DNA of 63,510 bases, filler included, from Choristocarpus tenellus KU-1152 (taxonomy: Eukaryota; Protista; Phaeophyceae): the NCBI GenBank assembly GCA_964200185.2. It is 11 parts of 11 records of this genome, joined end to end, with 100 filler letters (N's around TTAATTAATTAA, not from the genome) between each part and the next. Parts side by side here need not be neighbours in the genome. Positions count along the whole stretch, not along the records: positions 24,230 to 29,061 come from CAXNAD020012894.1; positions 29,162 to 40,199 come from CAXNAD020002551.1; 9 more parts are not named here. One strand, 5' to 3'. The translations under genes were made by a program, and so were the position numbers. How positions within the stretch are numbered: the stretch's first letter is position 1; every line of letters begins with the position of its first letter. The notes under the pieces are model-generated. The model was not told where the DNA came from. It worked only from the letters and a program-made list of their open reading frames with translations, and did not search any database. Positions 26,715 to 38,877 of this stretch are shown one piece after another.

Positions 26715-27110
26715 CCAACCTAGCCTAGCCCTACACAACTGGGGGAGAGGAGCTAGGGAAGCATCTTAAGAATATGACAAGCCTCTCCTTGCCCATCTCC
26801 CTGGTGTCTCCAGCTTGAAACGCATGAAAGATCTTGATAGAGCTACTGGTGTTGTGACAGAAACTATTTCTCGTAAACAGGATTCAACAGCTCCTTTCCT
26901 GCTGTAGCCTCCCATCCCTCTCCCCCCTACCGTGTGCGTAGTCAACCCATCCAGAAAACTTTCTGCTTGTTTGCCATTGCGCCAAAAACTTTCCACCCCA
27001 AAGGTGTTGAGGTTATAACTACAAGGGTCAAAAGGACCCTTGCAATGGGTGCGCTTTCATCCCTCACCTGCAGCAACAGCTACACCGTTGCTGGTGGTGG
27101 AGTGTGGTGG
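26715..27110 (-). mobile_element. CRE-like non-LTR 3' end, second copy
   Basis: Reverse-complement homolog of 17401-17782. Peptide: VESFWRNGKQAESFLDGLTTHTVGG..RKGAVESCLREIVSVTT. Confidence 0.65.
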
Positions 27111-28867
27111 ATGGAAGGTTTGTACATATATATGATTATGCCGTCTGACAATTTGAAGATGTGTCGAGGGAAGAGTCAAACCATTATCACAAGGCAAAAG
27201 TTAGGGTGTTTGATGCTACTGAAATTGATTTAGCCAAAAGATGGCGTAGTGATATTGGGTTAATATCATATACTCCATATTTTCTATTTCACAGATGATC
27301 TGGTTTGTATTTTCGATACTAATTATTTTGTATATTTGCATCATACTCTACTTGTTAACTAGTTAAATACTCCAGTATAATACAATACGAATTGTTGTCT
27401 CATTTGCACTTTAAAAAACACCAGTTCCGTGACAGGAATCTCTCTCTATATATAATAGTTAATAATTGGAGTATAGAATATTTCATTTGAAGTAAGAATA
27501 AGAAATAGTATATAATTAGATAAACAAGACTAACTCGATTACAAGCAAGAGTAACAAGTCTCGATATGAAAGTGCACTGAATAGGAATGAGGCTATAACA
27601 ATTTTAATGAGGTTGTTAGGAGGCATCCTATGATTTTTTAAGAACTATTATTTACAACCAAATTGGTTTATCATCAGCAAGATTTTGATTCAGAAAGTTG
27701 TTACCACCTTATTGAATTGATTGGTCTGTATTTACTACTACAAACACCAACTCTTAAAGTACTCTATTTTTGGTTTATGTGATGTATCAACTCATGGTAA
27801 AATAATAGGAGTGAGGTCCAGGACCAACACATAAAAAAAACTGATGAAGACTGATGAAGAAGACTGACCATTGATGTTTTCTGCACATCATACGTCTCAC
27901 AAGTGAATGAACACGTACAGTAGTGGTGTTAGTAGGTGGTGTATATATGATACATGTGATACGATACACATACCACATAATAAAAATGAGCCCGCAGATT
28001 CGTGTGAATGTTCATTAAGGGGTTCTAGGTGTCAGGAGTAATCATGCCGAGATGAGCACTCGGAACCTTCTGAGGTAATCTATGAGTTTTTAGTTCAGGA
28101 TGCAAAACAGAATACAACCTTTACAAGAGGGTCAAAAGCATTGATCAATGTTTTCGGCACTTCATCATCATCCCCATGTGTCTCGCAAGACAAAGAATGA
28201 GCAAATGCGTGCAGCAGTGGTTGGTTGTAGTAGCAATAGCATTTACCGCTAGTAGTACTGAGTGCCAGAAATGCTGAGAGAAGGAACGCACAAGTCAAAG
28301 CACTCGCTGCTGACTGTGCCAACACAACAACATGAGAAGAACGACCACAGGCCCTCACCATGCAGAAATAAGAACGACAACGAGTAAGGCAACAATATTT
28401 CTTCACTCAAATTTGCTTATTGCACCCACATGCCACCAAAATCCAAAGTGCTCACGTGCAGCTAGAAGAAGAATCCGAGGTAGTTCACAGGACGGAAAAG
28501 AAAAATATTGAACCCAAAGGACTACTCCTAATGCTAATAAAAAACACTGTATATAACACAAGGGGGGGGGGGGAGCAATTCTTTTGTAATTGGAAGGCTG
28601 TCCTGATCTCTGAAGTACAAATGGATTTTGACTACGAGAGGTAAATGAGGACAACTGGAACAATAACAAGACACACATATCGTCATCACTTGGTTGTGTC
28701 TACCATGATGCTTGACTACAGTACCCTCTTGAACAAGTTCAGAAGCAGCTGAAGTGCACAGGAGAACCTCCCTGTTTTTGGGAACAACCACTGTCATACC
28801 TTTTTCACTTCTTTAAACGTAGTTTAGGGTTTTTCTTCACACACACGTTAGAGTTAGGGCTAGGGTT

Positions 28868-29041
28868 GGCTAAAAATATCTAATGGGAGGGTGATGGCTG
28901 TCCTTTCGGGGCCTATTTTTCCATGTCGTGATTCTTGGGCGATTTGTTTGCTTGCGTCGGATGGATAATGTAAGTGCACTTCTCCTGGTCAGGGTCCGAA
29001 TGGACACCCTGGGGTAGACCCCCCCCCCCCCCCCCCCCCCC
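28868..29041 (+). mobile_element. MITE family B, copy ending in a poly-C run
   Basis: Internal sequence aligns with 38343-38524 (ttttccatgtc...gtcggatggata..gtaagtgcact...aatggacaccctgg.gtagaccc). Confidence 0.8.
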
Positions 29042-29161
29042 AAACACTGAAACCCGGCGGGNNNNNNNNNNNNNNNNNNNNNNNNNNNNNNNNNNNNNNN
29101 NNNNNTTAATTAATTAANNNNNNNNNNNNNNNNNNNNNNNNNNNNNNNNNNNNNNNNNNNN

Positions 29162-29332
29162 TTTGTTAGGAAGTGCCAATATCCTTGTTCCGGACACACC
29201 TTTTCATAACGTATACATTTTACCTCCTCCGAAATATTTTGGAGTAGGAAAATGTCAAAGGAACCCCGAGGGAAGCCTAGCCCCAAATGGAAAAACAGGG
29301 AAAAACTCGTACCCTCTAAAATACTTTCACTC
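29162..29332 (+). mobile_element. MITE family A, right two-thirds
   Basis: Shared core ending ACCCTCTAAAATACTTTCACTC. Confidence 0.85.
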
Positions 29333-30010
29333 GAAGGTACAGTCAATTATCAACAATGACTGGAATGATATCAGTAAGAGCACATGAGAATAAAAGTAAT
29401 TACTACGACAACAACATTACAATTGTTATTGTGTGTGATGATGATGGTGGTGATGGTGAGATGAGAATCGCATGGATACAGAGCCATAGTTCTTACTGCT
29501 CAGCAGATATTTATGTATTTCTACAAGGAGAGTGAGGTGGAGATGGGCCATTACAAACAACTTGAGGAAATGGATGAGGTAAAGTAGTACCCAATTCCAT
29601 GCATACAGTATTATTGTGGAGGTAATTTTCCCACATCGTTTCGAAATAAAGCAATCAATACGCTTGATTACCCATAATCCTGAAGTAATCTTCTGGTATG
29701 AAAGTTACACAACACTCCTAAAAAAATGAACGTAGAAATAACATTCTACATGATATGTTACCTTTCCCCCCTTCCTAGCAAAGATATAACAAGTTGTATC
29801 TTACAGACGACGTATGTGGGACCTTCGTTGTTCTCACTTCCGCGTGATCCTGCTGTGCACAGGTTGTGGGAATTGAAATTGAAAGTCTCCCTTGGTCCCT
29901 TCTTGACGAAGAATCCAACGGTCACCATCCCAAATGTGAATTCGTCCAACAGATGAAACGTCTTTTCTATAATCCAGAGGAAGAATAAACCGTGATATCT
30001 AATGTCTAAA

Positions 30011-30273
30011 GAGTCAAAGTATCTCAGAGGGTAGAGTCATGTGTCCGTTTGGGTGTCATAATCTAATGTTGCGATTTTGATATAATTTTGGGCTATTGTA
30101 CTTGTTAGAAGGTGTCAATATCCTTGTTCTGGACACACCTTTTCATTATGTTACATTTTACCTACTCTGAAACGTTTCTGAGTAGGTAAAATGTCGTAAA
30201 AAAAAACTGTGGGAAGCCAAGCCCCAAACGGACAGACAGGACAAAACTTGTACCTGCTAAGATACTCTCACTC
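30011..30273 (+). mobile_element. MITE family A, full copy
   Basis: ~23-bp imperfect TIRs, flanked by TAAA on both sides. Confidence 0.88.
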
Positions 30274-30599
30274 TAAACTTTTTCCTGCCATCCAATGTGT
30301 GGAAGAAACTCACTGCTATTCCAAACGGTCTTAAGTTCCTCGTCACAACTACTTGTCAGTCATGCAGTGGGGAAAGAGCAAACAATGGTGAGCGCAAGTG
30401 AAATGCTTTGGGGGCCCTTACCATCCCGATTAATACCATAGAGGTGCTTCTCGACTTGCCGTACATGCTGCAAGACCACACTTGAACTGTTCATGGCGCA
30501 CATCGATTTTTTTTTCGAATGGTCAGAAATCCTTTCAATTTACATCAGATTGATCCATCCATCAATGTGTATAGTGGTACCAGTACATTTGCCCTCTGG

Positions 30600-31775
30600 G
30601 GTTGTACAGTCATAACTTTTGGTGTAGACATCGGATTAAAACAATAAAAGCATATTCGTGATGCCCGTCACAAGGCCCTCCAGAGTACGTGCTTCGTTTT
30701 TTTTTTCGACATTTTTTTCCTTTTTTTGAAAAAGAGCAGTCATATTGGTGTTGGAACCCTGGAATATATGCCACCGAGAGTGGCAACCGATCCACTATTA
30801 CTTGATTAAAGTATAGGGTTTAGGTGGGGAAAAAGCCTTTCCACCCTTTCTTCCTGTGTGTTCGCACACCCACTCTTTGACCTCGGCAAGGATGTCCTCG
30901 TCGACGTCCAGAACGAAACGCCTCTCATAGTGCCTTTGCTTCGACACCTTGATATGGCCCTCAGTTAGGAAGTCTCTCTCCCATTTACTCACAGTTTTCT
31001 ATCTGACCATCGCATATCCTGCTGCAATCTGGAGCTGCATTTGATGGTCTTTCCAGTTGTTCATACACAGGTACAGGATTCGCAGTATTAAGGCCCGAAA
31101 CATCACATTTCCTCTTTGAGTGCCAGAAATGGGCATTGTCTGTGTTTCCTGGGCGGGTGATATTTTATCATCAAGGCGCAAGGGCGAGGGAGAACAGGCT
31201 TGAGTTGATCGAAAATTGAGTTGATATCTCGAATGAATGCAGGCTGGGAGAAAGCCTTAATCAACTTTATACATCCAACCCTAAGTCCAGGAACAAAAGT
31301 GAATGTACAGCATACTGTGCAAGAAGTGGGAGACACCAAAGCATCAGTGTGTAAATAGTCTCAATCTCACCTCCTCTTCTGCCCTAGCATCCACGTTGAT
31401 GGCTACCGCCACCTGCTTCGTGACCTCTTCGAAGTAAAAGGATTTGGTGGTATCAAAAAGTCTCCACAGCTACCTTTGTTACGATTGCTTTCTTCTCCAC
31501 CTTGTGAGCCCTTTCGACCTTCTTTCGGGCTTCAGAGCCCTTAAGCCCAACCTTAACACCTGCTTTCTCGTTTCCTTAAGCCACTCCGGCTCGCACAGCT
31601 TCCAAACGGCCAGGGCCAGCTGCAACTGTCGACTACTAAGATATTCTACACCCGGATTTTCGCTTAGGTGTTTCCTGAGCACAATGGCACGCAGCCGGAC
31701 TACTCTCTTCCCCAATCTTCCCTTCGGGTGGCCACCCCGGTTCTCCCTTTGCTTGCCGTGACCAGGCTTCCCCAA
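30600..31775 (-). mobile_element. N-terminal part of a degenerate IS630/Tc1-like transposase
   Basis: R*KTVSKWERDFLTEGHIKVSKQRHYERRFVLDVDEDILAEVKEWV followed by STYS..DGHHE resembles the W...F...G....S..G.H.....DED and Y.DGHE motifs of this group. Stops and frameshifts are present. Confidence 0.55.
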
Positions 31776-32247
31776 GACTTCGTCACTGTACCACCTGGTG
31801 ATGGATTCACCGCTCGCTTCCTACTTTCCCGAGGCGGCAGAGACTGCAGAGCAGTGCTCTGAGGTTATTGAAGATCCAACCATGTTTGTGTTGTAATGCT
31901 TTCAATACATCTTCTCTCAGCGTCAGTGTCACGGCCCGTGATCCATTTCTCGATTTGATCATGCTGCTGCGCCACACTACTCGCACTTTCTCATCAAGTA
32001 ACATCACACTAAGTGTCACACAGTACTTGCTTTTCCGTCGCCTCTCAACAGAGAAGGTGCCAAGGGTAGATCCAGGGGGCAGAGTGACCTCGGCGGCTCT
32101 CCTTGTCTCACTTTCGTGGTTTATGTTGCTCTTTTGGTAACGCGTGTGTGTGCTCACAGAAAATCTGTTAAAGGCATTAAAAAGATGTCCCGAAAATGTT
32201 TTTTCTATATCGCCACACCGGGTAAACTTGGGCAGCGATCTACTCCC

Positions 32248-32651
32248 AACATGTGTCTGTAGAGTACACAAATATGTGTCCGTAAAGTACATACATATGT
32301 GTCCGTTGAGTACACAAACATATGTGTCCGTTAGGTATTCAAACATATGTATCCGTAAAGTACACAAGTATGTGTCTGTAAAGTACACAAACATGTGTCC
32401 GTTGAGTACACAAACATGTGTCCGTAAAGTACACAAACATGTGTGTCCGTAAAGTACACAAACATGTGTCTGTAAAGTACACAAACATGTGTTCATTGAG
32501 TACACAAACATGTGTCCGTAAAGTACACAAACATGTGTCCGTTAAGTACACAAACATTCATGTCTGTAAAGTACACAAACATGTGTCCGTTAGGTATACA
32601 AACATGTGTCCGTAACGTATACAAACATGTGTCTGTTAGGTACACAAACAC
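32248..32651. repeat. 23-bp minisatellite, ~17 units
   Basis: Head-to-tail AAACATGTGTCCGTAAAGTACAC variants with no spacers. Confidence 0.95.
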
Positions 32652-33667
32652 AGAATGATGCAAACAGCTCGAATTACAAATGTGATTATGTGAGCAGCAT
32701 GGACGGGAGTGATTACCTGTGCTTGTCAATGCTGACCCCCCCCTCCACATGTTGAGGAAATGAACCAACTTGACAAGTTTCATTATGGTTATTCGGTCGG
32801 GTCTCTTCCCCACCTATCACTGATCTACTGACACCACTACCCACTACTACATTGCCTTCACCAACGCCCATCACGGCCAACACAACTCGCCAGCATTGTT
32901 GTATTATAAATATTTTAATACTTTCATGATGACTACATCTTCACTTTCGGTCTGGGGGCTATCCCGACTACTTGTCAGAGGCACTACACACTGTGCTATT
33001 CTCATTAAAATAATTACTTCAACTTCAACTACTACGACAATAGCATTGCCTCCGCTTGTGCCTTGCTCTACACACTCTAAACTGAGCCATCCCACCACTC
33101 CTTGCTTTGACTCCTCCCTCTCACCAAGTCTTCTTTTCCTGGACCCATCTCAACACTACTCCACAACAAAGCCTTGTGCCACCTACCACCCAAGCCAAAC
33201 CAATTGAGAGGTGGGCAACGTTGAATGTTAAGGATCCCGAGAAAGGGCAAGAATATGGCATTCCGTACCATTACAGAAATAACTGAATTGTGGTGTCACT
33301 TTGTGTGTGCAAAGGGGAAACATCAATTTTGCATACACTATTGAGGACATAAAGCAATAAAATAGAGTGTATTGCACAGGGTGAGAGAGATGACCCAAAG
33401 TAAAGCAAGAGGGGTACCCAGTTTTTCAATCTTTGGCAATACACCCATACTTCTAAAGATGAAATGCTAAGTTTGACCGGGGGACGTTGATTTCTGTATT
33501 GTTTGAAAAATCTCGACACAATTCAGAAAATATCCTGTATGCATTTTGTAAAAATGTACGGATTTTAGACCTTTTTTTGTCAACGTCCTTAAATTGCAAT
33601 TTCTGGGTACCTCTCAGTTACTGTTGACTCGATGGCTTCAAGGGCAAAAGGGTGCAAACCTACCTAT

Positions 33668-33936
33668 GAGCCAAAGTATCTTAGAGGGTAGAGTCGCGTC
33701 CATTAGGAGGCCAAAATCCAATGTTGTGATTTCGATGTAATTTTGTCTATCGTGCTTGAAATGTTTTTTAGGAAGTGTCAATATCCATGTTTCAGGCACA
33801 CCTCTTAGCAACATACACATTTTATTGACTCCTAAACATTTTGGAGTGAGAAAATGTCATAAAAGATCCCATGGGAAGCAAAGCCACAAATGGACAAAAA
33901 GGGAAAAAACTCATACCCTCTAAGATACTTTCACTC
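33668..33936 (+). mobile_element. MITE family A, full copy
   Basis: GAGCCAAAGTATCTTAGAGGGTA ... TACCCTCTAAGATACTTTCACTC. Confidence 0.88.
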
Positions 33937-35289
33937 AGATCTGTTGTTTGAAAAATTTCCTTAAAGTTCAGAGATTCCCTACACGCACTTTACAAAAAGA
34001 CAAAATTTTCACATAGCTGTTACCATCCTTAAAATGCAACCCTGGGTACATCTCGTGTGCTATTGAATCACTACTATGTTGTGTTACTCACTATAACAGG
34101 AAAAACCCACAAGCCAGAATCCATCCATGATATATTTGTAGGCTGCCTAGTAATCGAAACACTTGGAAGAGCCGTTGTTGGCTGTACTGCAGGTATGAGA
34201 ACACAACAACTCAACCACCGACCAGAAAGCAAAGTGTTTGTGTTGTAGCTTTCATGTCATGCAATCCTCTACTCATATCCTTGGCTACTGCAACACCACA
34301 AGGTCGCTGTTCTCCGTGTATATGTACATAAACAGTGTATGTTGTGAGTTGACTTTTGGACTCACTTCATCACTACAAGTATCAATACAAGTATCAATAC
34401 AAGTGTCATTACAAGTAGTGTGGTGGTGGGCAAAGACTAATCTTTGAAGAGAAGTCTGTATCACAGAGCAGCACATATTCATGCCCAATTATTGTATACC
34501 TCGAACTACATATGTAACAAGAAACAGGACATTATTTTACTAAGTGAAAAAAAAAATCTAACTTTCTTTTTCAATTAGAAACAGGGTGGAGCGGAGAGGG
34601 GAAAAAGGATCATTTGTCCAGAGAGCAGGGTGGCTCCACAAATCGGTTAAGGGTAGGAGGCTGTAGTAGTAGAAGAGGAGACAAAATCTCATCCACATAA
34701 GTGTTGCCCTTCAGAGTGCTAGAAGCAAGTGTTCCAGTAGGTAGAGTCACAAGGACCAAAAACATTCGACGTTCCCTCTAAGGCAGGATGGGTCATCCAT
34801 AGTCACATTTCACCACAATGGAAAAGGTGTGTACAGAGAGCAAGCGATGCAGCACAGTATTTCACTCAGATTCAGGTAATGGAGATAACGAATATCCCTT
34901 GGGTGTTGTGGTAAAACAGGCAGGAGATGGGAGACAGAGAACTATGTACCAAAGACAATTACTGAGACACAAGAAATAGAACTATCAGCGGTTAGAGTCC
35001 GACAGTTTCAGTGCTATCTGCAGTAGTGGGAATGGGGGTATATATCAAAGTTGAGAGCTGAAAATGAACCGTGTTTACGAAGGTTTAGCACTGACCAATG
35101 GGCTCAGATTGTCGTATTGAATCAGATGCCTGCTCCCTAGAATGGAAACCAACAGTTACACAGTTAGCTGATTGGTGGATAAAAAGGGAGGCGCAAGCGG
35201 GGAAACACGCACACAAGCCTTACCCTGTGTGTGGCACCATCCAGTACAACCTTCCATCACCCTTTGATCATCGATGTATCCCTCTCTAG

Positions 35290-35541
35290 GACAAACCTAC
35301 AGGGTGCACTGGGCGAGGAGAGGAGAGAGGTCTACCAAAGAAGTATGGAAGGGAAGAGGGGAAAGATATCCTGCAGAGAAGACAAAAGGAGTCTGTGCTT
35401 GCGGCGAGCAAAAGGATTCAAAGTATGTTCAGGCGTTGGTCATCGAACAAAAAAGCCGCCGCCCGAAATAGATCACTGGCAAAGCTGAGGGAAGCTTGCG
35501 AGGATGTCGCCTCATGGGTGATCTCAGCCTTCATACGCGAG
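35290..35541 (+). CDS. Probable exon of an IQ-motif-containing protein
   Basis: An 84-codon open segment lies between ctctag| and |gtgagg and contains AASKRIQSMFRRW (IQ-like). Neighbouring exons were not confidently found. Confidence 0.45.
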
Positions 35542-38342
35542 GTGAGGTCACAGACGGCAGTATATACTGCAGCAAGCATGGTCTTGAGTCATGTTGAGCA
35601 AGGGCAAATGTGACATCCTAAGTCAGTTGTAGGCAGCACTGGTGGAAGTCGTACGTCAAAGTTGTGAAAAAAAAGACGACCTCTTCGTAAAATTTGCCAC
35701 ACACTCCATTCTCCAAGTTAAGCGCAAGGTCACATCAAGTATCTCGAAGTAGTAGAACATATCAAAGACAACATACTACCCCTGGAGGTGACTTTCGTCA
35801 GTATTCATCTGTCCTAACTAGCTTGAGGGGTTGCTGCCCCTCTTGCTCCACAGGAATCTGTTCACAGTCAAGAATAGGGAAAGAGTGGCGTGTTGAAATA
35901 TTCCATGCTAGACCCACATTTAAGACGATCAATTGTGTGCCTTGGTAGAGGACAATATTTGACTTGTTGTGAGTATATTATTTTAGTGCTACAAAGGGTT
36001 TGTGGTTTCAATTCCATTGATGGAGTTCATGGGACTCACAACTGGCAGCACCCATTACTATTCCTATAGTACGGCATTTGCAATCATCCACGCCAACTTA
36101 CAATGAGTCACTTACTTGTCTTAAGTATGACAAGCATGCCCAGAACAGAACACTTATCACTAGACACCAATCAGTAGATACGTCTGATATATCCATCAAT
36201 AGCTCTCCATCGTATTTTCTGCTCCACTAGTGGTGTCTATAGTGTACCAATAGAACTATCTGCGAACACTCCCCCTTGCTGCACAGACGCTATACACCCT
36301 CAACATCTTCTTCTCCAACTCAAGAGAAAAAAATTCTACTAGCTCTTACAAACAATGCTACTGCCATTACACCCTAATATCCGTGTTAGTTTTGGGTCTG
36401 TATGGTTTCAGAAATTAGTCCTTAATTTACTACTATCCCATTGCAGTCTCTGTGAAAACATTCTCACGTCCTTATCCTCTAGGTCCTTCCTTGGCAATAC
36501 CATGTTAGTTCTCCTACAATCAACAATAACTCTCTAGAATATCATGACATACAAATCACTGGAAATTCGAAATTACCATCAACAGTGGTATTGGGTCATT
36601 GAAATCAGCCCCTCATCTATCCCAATTGCAGTCCCATGTGGAAACATCATCAGGTATTTTCTCCTGCAGGTCCTTGGCAATACCACGTCGCATCTCCCAC
36701 AATCCACGAAATATTCCTATTACATCACCTCTACACGTCACTGGAATACAGTAAGATAACGGGATTGTCCCTTCCTACCTATCCTATCACAATCTCCATT
36801 AACACATTCTTGGATAGTTTCCCCCAGCAGGTCGTTGACAACACCATGTTCCTTCTCCTACAATCTACGAAATCTCCCTAGTTTAACATCTAAAGCGGAT
36901 CTTTGGAAAAAAAAAGAGTAGGACCAATCGACTCCCTCACAACCACCTGACCTACCATACCCCAAAACTCTCCCTGGCTTCAATATCTCTTCTATCAAAA
37001 GTCGGTCTGCGCCCTACATCACAGCTGTCACTTGATTAGTATGGGTATACACTAAAATCTGCAAGACATATGGGGAACTAAGTCGCATTAAAGCAAGATC
37101 CAAAAGGTTCAAATGCAAGGGAAGATAGACACAAGGTAAAATGTTCTACATCGTCGAAGTAAGAGGTCCTGATAAAGCCTTTGTTAAAACATGGGCTAGT
37201 CATCGTTTGTGTCATTGATACAAAACAGTATTACCAGTTCATACTGACCGTTGATTGGCACATCGATACTGGTCATCACAGTACTCACATTTTCATCATT
37301 GGTACCTCATCATAGTATCATGAATAACCGTTAGAACCCCATGGTGCGTAGGAAGGATGAAACAGTCGACATCTGTCAAACATACGAGCGTAGGATATGC
37401 CATATGAGTTGTCCCAGGTATCGATTCAAGTTTGTTCATTGTTTTCTTAGATCTTCACATCAGAAACATCAGTTGCGTCTCATATGTTGATTATTCTTTT
37501 TCTCTGGTGGGCTTTGCCCCTACTTAGACCTCGAGTTCACTCGACACTCAGTGTACCTGACACAGTGTACCTGACACACACAACTGGATGCAGTATATCT
37601 AGAGTTGAAACATCCACAAAACCCTTATTAGCAACATGACAAGCCTCTACACAGAGAATTGATCTCTTCCTTTGAATGCACCAAGGAATATCCAACATCA
37701 CTCCACCAAATAACCTCTGACTGTGCGCAGCATGTCACTAGGTTCACCAACCAGAATTCGACGGTTCTTCATTGCACTATGACACCCCTTCACCATAACC
37801 AACCTGCCGCCGTACAAGAGCATGATTCATTGAAGCCCAGGTTTGAACAGATTATGAGCCTCACACAATTTTGCTTCGATTTATTCAATCCCAGGTTTCT
37901 GCCGCCTTCTAAGTTTAATCTCGAGCTGATACCTTCCACCTCCTGCGATTCAGACTTTTGTAGGGAAGGGAGTCTATGCAGATATTAGATTTGCCCCCCT
38001 GCATAACCCCCGTGCCATAAGCTCTCCTGTCCCCTCCCTGGATCAATCATTCAGGGGGCACTCCCTCTCTTCATGGCCCATCCCCATGCACCTGTCGCAT
38101 CTTCCTTTTTGACTGTCATCCTCCCCCAGCCTTGTGATTTGCACTTAAATCGGTGGGAAGCCCACAAAAAAATATTATGGTCTGGTACTGGGTACGGCAA
38201 TGGCGGGGCTACTTGGAATGGGCGAGGGGTCGTGCACATACATATGTGACCCCTTCCTCACCCATTCCTAACAGTCCTGGCACTTGCTGTATCTGCAACC
38301 AGCGCATGATTGTTAGATTGGTTTCCCACCGATTTCTCTTCG

Positions 38343-38524
38343 GACTCGAAGTATCTGGGGGGGGGAGGTGGCGTTTGTCCGTTCAGGGTCCATTTTTCCA
38401 TGTCACAATTTTTGTGTGATTTGCTTGCATGTGTCGGATGGATATTGTAAGTGCACTTTTTTTTCCTGGCCAGGTCCTGAATGGACACCCTGGTGTAGAC
38501 CCCCCCCCCCATATACTTTGAGCC
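38343..38524 (+). mobile_element. MITE family B (G-run TIRs), full ~180-bp copy
   Basis: GACTCGAAGTATCTG(n) ... C(n)ATATACTTTGAGCC with flanks TTCG / TTTG. Partial copies or ends lie at 14389-14408, 24085-24129, 40130-40178, 50411-50467 and 56027-56082. Confidence 0.82.
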
Positions 38525-38877
38525 TTTGGTATGCTCTGTAAGTCCTTGAACCTGGCCTTCACCATGTCTTCAGCTTGCTTTGCCGTCTTGGTCTCTCTGA
38601 AGTCAACGAAGCTTCTTTTTAACTGGGAGTAGTTCTCCACTAGCTTGCTGAGGATAGTGGCTGCCTTGGTCTCCTCCCTAATTGTCTCTCCCATCGACTC
38701 CAGTCTCATGGTTATCCTGGACGATTCGGTAAAGCTCAAGTGAAGGCTCTTTTTCTCTGTCTTCAAAAGGTAGGTTATACAGCTCCTGTTGTACGGGTCT
38801 TGCCTCCTGACGAGGTCGTCCATGTGGGCAGGTGCCACAACTGGAAAGATTGGCGGTGATGTTGCTTGCCACCTCAT
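38525..38877 (-). mobile_element. Copia gag (UBN2-like) relic
   Basis: RITMRLESMGETIREETKAATILSKLVENYSQL fits L...G..I.E.....IL..L...Y. Confidence 0.55.

Noticed and set aside
32248-32651. CRISPR array or repeat protein (ORF 31807-32511 and overlapping ORFs)
   Set aside because: Contiguous 23-bp units without spacers. ORFs are open in several frames on both strands, which is a repeat artefact.
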